Shown here: piece by piece, positions 20,201 to 29,200 of the stretch
Numbering within the stretch: the first letter of the stretch is position 1
Layout of the letters: each line of letters begins with the position of its first letter
DNA from: Candidatus Oxydemutatoraceae bacterium
GTDB taxonomy: Bacteria; Pseudomonadota; Gammaproteobacteria; Poriferisulfidales; Oxydemutatoraceae
Assembly (NCBI GenBank): GCA_965220085.1
Contig: CBDCOZ010000003.1
Coordinates: 1,312,001 to 1,376,000, forward strand
Reading direction: 5' to 3'
DNA length: 64,000 nt
Notes under the pieces: model-generated
What the model saw: only the letters and a program-made list of their open reading frames with translations
The model's database searches: none
Told to the model about the DNA's origin: nothing
Position numbers and translations under genes: made by a program

Positions 20201-23200
20201 CCGACGATTCGCTGTTCCGATTGAAGCCGCTCACATACCCGGTCGCATAGACGTGCTCTACAGTGCCGCCGTGCGCAGAAATACGACCGATCAAACCGCC
20301 CGTCCGATTAAAGCCTTCCGCATTCCCGGTCGCATAACTGCGGCGAATCGTACCCGCCCTGAGTCTGCCGACCAAGGAACCGATATCAAAGCGTCCGCGT
20401 ACCGCGACCGTTGAAAAACTGTCCTCTATCACCCCGTCAGTTCGCAACTGACCGGCCAAGCCACCGGAAACCTCTCTGACACGTACCACACCGGTGACAC
20501 CGAGGCGGCTGATGACCGCCGGGGTTTCAACGATACCGAATAAACCTTGTGCAGCCGCATCCCTGTCAATATGCAGGTTATAGATCGTATGGCCGTTGCC
20601 ATTGAAGACCGCGGTAAATTTATTATCGGCGCCACTTCCGCCGATCGGCTCCCAGCCCTCGCCCTGCGTCCAGGCCGTCGTGACCGTGCTGCCCTCGACA
20701 TAACTGCCGACATCGGCAAAATCCAGATCGCCGTTCAGTTCATATCCGCGGCAACCGCTGCCAGCCGGGCAACCCATGCCGGGCAGAGCGGCGTCGGGGA
20801 AAACCAACAGATAGGCGCGGGTGCTTGCCGCCGGAACGCCGTCGCCGTCCAAGTCCCAACGCACGACATTGAGCTGATCCAAACTGCTGATCTCGATCAA
20901 ACCATTGTCGTCGGTATCGTAATCGGTCGATCGTGACACCGCGACACTGCGGCTGGCTTCGCCGCCATGGACCACCGCCGCCACCTGATACACATAGTCA
21001 ACGCCGTCGATCGCGCCGCTGTCCATATATGCCGTATCGCGGATGTCGTCGTCGCGGGTCAGCGCGACACCATCGCGATAGACCGCATAGCCGACGGCCG
21101 GAGCCGGGTCCCAATGCGATGTATCGGGCGCTTGCCAAGCCAGTTTCCTCGGCGCGCCGCTGCCGGTCTCCAAGCGCGACGGGCCTTCGCGCAACTGATA
21201 ACCGAATTCCTGCCAACTCGCTTCGCCGCTGTTGTTGAAATCGATCTTCAATGCCGGATACTGCTTGGCGCCGCCGAAATCCCAATAGTCGCCGCCGTCG
21301 GCATTCCAATTCGCATAGATACCGGCGTAAGTCGTTGCCATCTGTAATTCCATGCTCGTCTTGCCGCCGATACCGGAATCAGAACCGTTGCCGACGCCGT
21401 TGCTCATGGCCGAGGTCTCAACATCCCAATAGACATCGTCGAATGTCGCCGCGTCACTCCTGCCGACGAAACCGCCATGGAAGGTCTTTGCGGGGTACAC
21501 CAAAGCGGTAGAATACGCAGAGCGGATCTGTCCCGCTCTGACACGACCGATTAAGCCGCCGACCGAACTATTGGCGCCGCCGCGCGTACCGTCCGCGTAA
21601 CCAGTCGCATAGACATGTTCCACACTCGCCCCCTCCGAAGCAATGCCGCCTATCAGACCGCCTATCTGGCTAGAGCCTGTCGCGTTGCCGGTCGCATAAC
21701 TTCTGCGAACTATCCCGCCTTGGATGTCACCGACCAAAGAACCGACGCCATGGGTTCCCCGCACCGCGACCGCCGAGTAACTCTCCTCTACGGTGCCGCC
21801 GTCATATATCCGCCCGACCAAACCGCCGGCGGCATCCTGCACTCTGATGGAACCGGTCACACCGACGCGTCGGACTATCGCCGGCGCTTCGATTCCCCCG
21901 AACAAACCTCGCAGGGACGGGGTTCCGCCGCCATACAAGTTATGGATCGTATGACCGTTGCCGTCAAATGTCGTTTCAAACCTGTTGCCGACAAATTTCT
22001 CGCCGATCGGCGGCCAGCCATCGCCTTCTGTCCACGCGGCATTGATCGCGCCGGAAGCATAACTCGCGGGGTCGGCAAAATCCAAGTCCTTGATCAACTC
22101 GTAGCCGCGACAAGCGGAGGTCGCTGTCGACACCGCGGCGGGACAGCCCATGCCGGGCAGCGCGGCGATAAAAGCGCGTTGATATCGCTGCGGCTCAAAC
22201 ATCGGGGGCCCCTCGCTGTCCAAGTCCCAACGCACCGCATCCAACTGTTCCAATGTGGCGATTTCAATCAAACCGTCGTCATCGCGGTCGTAATCTCTTA
22301 TCGGCAACACAAAACCGGCGCTGCGGCTCGCTTCGCCGCCGCCCACGACCGCCGCAACGCGGTAGGTGTTAATGATATCAAGGTCTATCGCCGCGTCGAC
22401 ATAGCTTGTCCGCGCAAGACCGTCCGCCGCGACCGCATCGTTGTGATAGACGACATAGGCGATGATTGGCGCAGACGCCGGCCAATGCGATGTGTCAGGC
22501 GTCGTCCAACTCAGTGTGCGGGAAGCGCCGATGCCGCTCATCGTCAGCGTCGGGCCTTCGCGCAACTGATAGCCGAATTCCTGCCAACTGATGTCCCCGT
22601 CGTTGTTGAAATCGACTTGCAACGCGGGGTATTGTTTGTCGGCGCCGAAATCCCAGTAGTCGGTGTTCTCCGCATTCCAGCTCGCATAGAGATCTTCATA
22701 GTCGGCAAAGGCCTGCAAGAGAACGGTCGGCGCGCCGGCGACACCCGGGGCATAGCCGCCGCTCACCGCTTTGTCCAATTCGCCCGAAGCGTCAACATCC
22801 CAATACACGCTGTCAAAAACCGGGGCGCCCGCGGATGCCCCGCCGCCGATAGCGCCGCTGCGCTTTGCCTCTGCCGGGACGCGCGCGGTAGAGTAACTGT
22901 AACGGAGTCGCACCGCCCCCAGATAACCGATCAGACCGCCGGCGTCGTTGTCCGCGTCACTGACGGCCACGGCCAGTTGACCGGTGGCGTAAGTATGTTC
23001 CACCGTGCTTTCGTTTGAATACGCATAGGCCTCGCCGATCAAACCGCCGACCCCTCGGTGGCCGCGCACATAGCCCGTGGCATAACTCGCGCGCACGGTG
23101 CCTTTGTCATTAAAACCAAGCAACGAACCGACCTCAAATGCCGAATCCAATGCCACCGTGGAATAACTCTCTTCGATCAGACCGCCGTGCAGCTCGGCGA

Positions 23201-26200
23201 CCAAACCGCCCGCCCGCTCCTGGTGTCGGTCGGTCCTTATCGTGCCGCTGACGCCGATGTTTGAGATGACGCCATCCTCGCCGACCGAACCGAACAAGCC
23301 CTGCCGCCCCGCATTGCGCCGGATATGCAGGTTTTCAATCGCATGGCCGTTGCCGTTAAATGTCGTCGCAAACGGATTGCCGCTGTCGCCGATTGGCGGC
23401 CAACCTTCGCCGCTCATCCAGGTATCGGTGCTGCTCAAAACATGGTCGGCGGGGTCGGAAAAATCCAGATTCGTCAACAACTCATAGCCGATGCAACCGC
23501 TTTTCGGGCAGCCCATGCCCTCCGTCGCAATCAAAAATGCGGCCTGATAATTCGCCCGATTGCCCGCGGTCGCAATACCATCGCCGTCCAAATCCCAGCG
23601 CATCGCGTTGAGTTGATCCAGGTTGGCGATGTCTATCAGACCATCGTCGTCAAAGTCATAATCGCGTCCCGACATCGCATAACTGCGGCTTGCTTCGCCG
23701 CCGTCTATGACAGCGGCAACGTGATACGCATAGGAACTGGTCGTATTGGCGGTCATATCGGCATAAGATTCGGCCGATAAATTATAGGCCCCGGCTAACG
23801 CGATGCCGTCGCGGTAAACCCGGTAGCGGATAGGCGGCGCGGCATCCCACTCAGGCGCCGCGGTCGGCGCTTGCCAATTCAGAGATCGGGCGGTATCGCC
23901 ATATGCGACCGATAACGCCGGCGGCCCTTGGCGCAACTGGTAACCGAATTCCTGCCACCTCGCCTCGCCGTTGCCGTCAAAATCAACTTTCAGCGCGGGG
24001 TATTGCGCGGCGCTGCCAAAGTCCCAATGGTCGCCGCCGTCGTTCCAATTGGCATAGATACCGGCATAGTCTGTCGGACTCTGCAACTCGGCAGTCCCTT
24101 TGCCGCCGATGCCGGTGACCGCACCCAACCCGATCGCATCGTTCTTGGCCGAAGTCTCGGTATCCCAATAGACAGCGGTCGCCTCAACCGAAGCCGCAAA
24201 AACACCGCCGACACCGCCGCTCGCGCTGCCTGACGGATGAAGCAGACCGGTGGCATAACTATACTTGACATTCGCATTGCCCAGATTGCCGATCAAACCG
24301 CCGCCGAACTGACTGCTGCCGCCGCGGGTTACGTTCACATAACCGCTCGCATACGTATGTTCAATCGTCCCATTCGCGGAGCCGCTGTCGTCTCTGCCGA
24401 GCAAGCCGCCCGCTTCGGAGTTGGCAAACACATTGCCGGTCGCATAACTCCTGCGGATGGCGGCGCCCGCCCGACTGGCGCCGAGCAAGGAGCCGACATA
24501 AGCCCGGCCTTCGACCGCCACCGCGGAGTAGCTGTCTTCTATCGTGCCGCTCGCGCTATCGCCGATCAGTCCGCCGACATAATTATTGTCGCCCGCGTCG
24601 ATGGATCCGGTGACGCCGACATTGCGCACCACAGCGCCGGCGATCGCGCCGAACAACCCTTGGTAGGGCGCGTTGCGGTCGATGCGCAACCTGCGAAGCG
24701 TATGGCCGTTGCCGTCAAAGGTCGCCGTAAACGCGGCGCTGTCGCCGCCGATCGGCGGCCAACCGGCGCCGCTCGTCCACGCCGTGTTGATACGGCCGCT
24801 GTGATAACTGTCGGCGGCGGCAAAATTCAAATCGCGCGTCAACTCATAACCGATGCACGCATCGTTGACGCAACCCAGACCGGAAATCGCGCTGTGAAAA
24901 GCGCGGTCGTAGTCCGTTTGATCGCCCGCGGCAACGACGCCATTGCCGTCCAAGTCCCAGCGCATCGCGTTGAATTGTTCCAACGTACTCACTTCGATCA
25001 GACCGTTGTCATCGCGGTCATAGTCATACGATTCCGATACGATGGCGCTGCGAATCGCCTCGCCGCCGTAAACGTTCGCGGCGACGTGATAGACGTAGTT
25101 GCGGGTCGCGGTCGTGTTCGTATCGGCGTATTCCGTCAGCGCCGTGTTTTCAATCTCCGGCACGAGGATGCCGTCGCGATAGAGCGCAAACGTGACCATC
25201 GGCGCCGGCGCGCAGTGCGAGGTGTCGGGCATATCCCAAGTAAGAGTTCTGGTTGCATGGACTCCGCTCACTGTCAGCGTCGGCCCCGTGCGTAACTGGC
25301 AACCGAACTCCTGCCAACTCGCCTCACCGTTGCCGTCAAAATCGATCTTCAGCGCCGGGTACTGCTCGGACGTGCCAAAATCCCAGTGGTCGCCATCGCT
25401 TGCATTCCAGCTCGCATAGATGCCGGTGTAGGTCGTCGGCAGTTGTAGTTCGGCGCTCGTCCATCCGCTGATGCCATCATCGGAACCGTCGCCGACACCG
25501 TTGCTATTGGCCGAGGTCTCGCGGTCCCAATAGACATCGGTGAACGTCGCATTGACATTCTCACCGATGACACCGCTGCCCATTGATACTATGGGGTCGA
25601 TCAAAGCGGTGGAATAACCGTAGCCGATCTGTCCCGCCTCGACACGACCGATTAAACCACCTAACAATCTACTGTTACTATCTAAGCCACTTACATACCC
25701 GGTCGCATAGACGTGCTCTACGGTGCCCCCGTGCGTAGAAATACGACCAATCAAACCACCCGTCTGCCTATGCGAATTTATATTCCCGGTTGCATAACTC
25801 GTACGAACCGTGCCCGCCCTGAGTCTGCCGACCAAAGAACCAACTTCGTTGCGTCCGCTCACCGCGACCGTCGAAAAACTGTCCTCTATCACCCCGTCAA
25901 CGCGCACCTGACCGGCCAAGCCGCCGGAAGTATCCTGCCCGTTTACCGCACCGGTGACACCGAGGCGGCTGATGACCGCCGGGGTTTCAACTACACCGAA
26001 CAAACCTTGCAGAGATGCATCCCTGTCTATATGCAGGTTATAGATCGTATGACCGTTGCCAGCGAATGCCGCTACAAATCTATTATCGGCGCCACTGCCG
26101 CCAATCGGCTCCCAACCCTCGCCTTCGCGCCACGCATCATGGACTTTGCCGGTAGCGTAGCTGTCGGGGTCATCAAAATCCAGGCTTTGATCCAATTCAT

Positions 26201-29200
26201 ACCCGCGACACCCCGAAGGCTCGGCGGAGGTCGACGCAACGGCCGGACACCCCATGCCGACCAGCGCGCCGACAAAAGCTTTGCCGTAGGCGCGGGCGCC
26301 GGCGGATGCAATACCGTCGCCGTCCAAGTCAAACCGCACCGCATCCAGTTGCTCCAGCGTGCTGATTTCAATCAAGCCGTCGTCGTCGCTGTCGTAATCG
26401 TTGATCGGCAACACGACGCGGTCACTGCGGCTCGCTTCGCCGCCATGGATAACCGCCGCCACCCAGTAGGCGTTTCTGACAGCGAGGTCCGCGCCGGTTA
26501 TGGCGTAACGCGTCTGCGCAAAGTCTATGCCGTCGCTCAAGAGCGCGCCGTTGTGATACACGGCGTAGGTGACCGTCGGCGTAGCGGGCGACCAGTGCGA
26601 CACATCGGGCGCGCTCCACTCCAGCGTCCAATCGGTATCGGCCCCGCTGGCGGTCAAATTGGCGGGGCCGTCGCGCAACTGATAGCCGAATTCTTGCCAG
26701 CTCGCGATGTCGTCATTGTCAAAATCAACTTTCAGCGCCGGGTATTGCGACGCGCTGCCGAAGTCCCAGTAGTCGCCGCCGTCGGCATTCCAGTTTTGAT
26801 AGATGCCGACATAGCCTGTCGCCGCCTGCAACCCGGCCGTCGTCTCGCCGCTGATGCCCGCAACCGCCGCCGACCCGCTCGCGCTGTTCGCGATGCCCGA
26901 CGTGTCAATATCCCAATAGGCATCGCGGAGTATGGCGTTCGCATTGATCACACCGCCGCCGACTCCGCCGCTGCGTAACACGCCGGCGGGAAGTTGCGCG
27001 GTCGCGTAGCCATAGCCGAGCCGCACCGCTCCCAGATTGCCGATCAAACCGCCGACATTGTAATTAAAACCCCCGCTCGCCAAACTGATTTGCCCGGTGG
27101 CGTATGTATGCTCGACCGTGCTGCCTGTGGAGACGCCGTACACTTGACCGATCAAGCCGCCGATTTCCTGATGACCGCTTACATTGCCCGTCGCATAACT
27201 CGCGCGCACCGCGCCTTGCTCGTTGTAGCCGAGCAGCGAACCGACGTCAAATCCGGCCGCGACCGATACCGTCGAGTAACTCTTTTCAATGCGACCGCCG
27301 CCGACCATTGCGGCGACCAAGCCGCCCATCAATTCTTGATACGGGGTCGCAGTAATCGCGCCGGTCACACCGACATTTGAGATCATCGCGCCTTCGCCGA
27401 GTTCGCCGAACAGCCCTTGTTGGTTCGCCAGACGACCGATATGCAAGCCCTCTATGGCATAGCCGTCGCCGTTAAACGTCGCTGTGAAGCGATCACCGCT
27501 GTCGCCGATCGGCGACCAGCCGTCGCCCGCCGTCCATGCCTCGTTGACAGCGCCGCCGGCATAGCTCGCCGCGGCGCGGAAATCGAGCGCGGTCGTCAGT
27601 TCATAGCCGCTGCAACCGTCGGCGCAACCCATGCCGGCGATCGCATGCGGGAAAGCCCGCGCGTAGTCTCCGGCGTGATCGGATGTCGGCGCGCCGTCGC
27701 CGTCCGTGTCCCAACGCAACGCATTCAGTTGTTCCAAGTTGGCGATCTCTATCAAACCGTCGTCGTCGCGGTCGTAGTCATGCGATCTGGATACGACGCG
27801 CGCGCGGATCGCTTCGCCGCCATCGATGACAACGGCGACATGATAGACATAATTCGTGCCGGCGATCGCGGCGGTGTCGGCATAACGCATCGCCGTCAGG
27901 TTTTTGCCATCCGACAACACGGAGCCGTCGCGATAGACGGCAAATGCGACGGTGGGCGAAGAGGCGCAGTGAGCCGTATCGGGCATGCCCCAACTGATAT
28001 CCCTCCGCTGATCGGCGCCTTGCGTCGCCGCCGCGACGCCCGCGCGCAACTGGCATCCGAACTCTTGCCACGTCGCCATGCCGTCGTTGTTAAAGTCAAC
28101 TTTCAGAGCCGGGTATTGCTCGCTGTCGCCGAAATCCCAATGATCGTTGGCATCCGCATTCCAGGCGCCATAGATACCGGTATACGTCGTCGGCAAGCGC
28201 AACTCGGCGGTGGTTTTGCCGATGACACCGTCGGCGGCGCCGTTGCCGACCGCGTTCGTTGCGCCGGAGGTTTGGGTATCCCAGTAGACGGCGGCAAACA
28301 CGGAGTCGCTGCCGGTGATCCTGCCGATGACGCCGCCGCGCGCGCTCATATTGGGAGCGACCGCGGCCGTGGCATAGCCATGCCTCAGTCGCGAACTGTG
28401 ACTGACGTCGGCGACCAATCCGCTCGCAAATGCGCTCGGGTGATCGCTCGTCGTGCCGACATAACCGGTGGCGTAAACATGCTCCGCGGTCGCGCTTCCC
28501 AAAGTGGAACCGGCCGCGCCGATCAAGCCGCCCGCCGCGTTGATGGCATAGGCGCTGCCGGTCGCATAACTGCTCCGAACCGCGCCGGTTTCAAGACGAC
28601 CGACCAGAGAAGCGACGCCATGCGACCCCTCCGCCGTGACCGTTGAGTAGCTGTTGGCAACCGTGCTGCTATTGCTTACCTGCCCGACCAAGCCGCCGAT
28701 ATTGTCGCTGTTGCTGCCGTTGGACCTTGACGCCACTTTGCCGGTCACGCCGACATTGGCAATCATCGCGTTTTGACCGCCGACGCCGAAGAGTCCCTGA
28801 TGCGACGCCAGACTGTCGATGCGCAAGTTGTAAATCGTGTGACCGTTGCCGTTGAATTCTGTTTTCAGGCGGCGGATGTTGACGCCGATCGGCGACCAAC
28901 CGGCGCCGCTTGCCCATACGGTGTTCGTGGTGCCGGCGGCATAGCTGTCAAGGTCGGCAAAATCCAAATCGCGGAGCAACTCGTAGCCTCTGCAACTGCC
29001 GCTGGCGGGACAACCCATGTTGGCGGCGGCGCCGGGGAAAGCCGCGGCATACGATTCGGCGACCCAGGATAAGGGCGTGCCGTCGCCGTCCAAATCCCAA
29101 CGCACCGCATTGAGTTGATGCAGATTGCCGATCTCGATCAGACCGTCATCGTCGCTGTCATAGTCGGCAGCGGATGCATAAGACACAGAACAGCACGCTG

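Noticed and set aside
19836-26110. Diversity-generating retroelement TR/VR pair
   Set aside because: Differences are not adenine-restricted, both copies are coding, and there is no reverse transcriptase in the window
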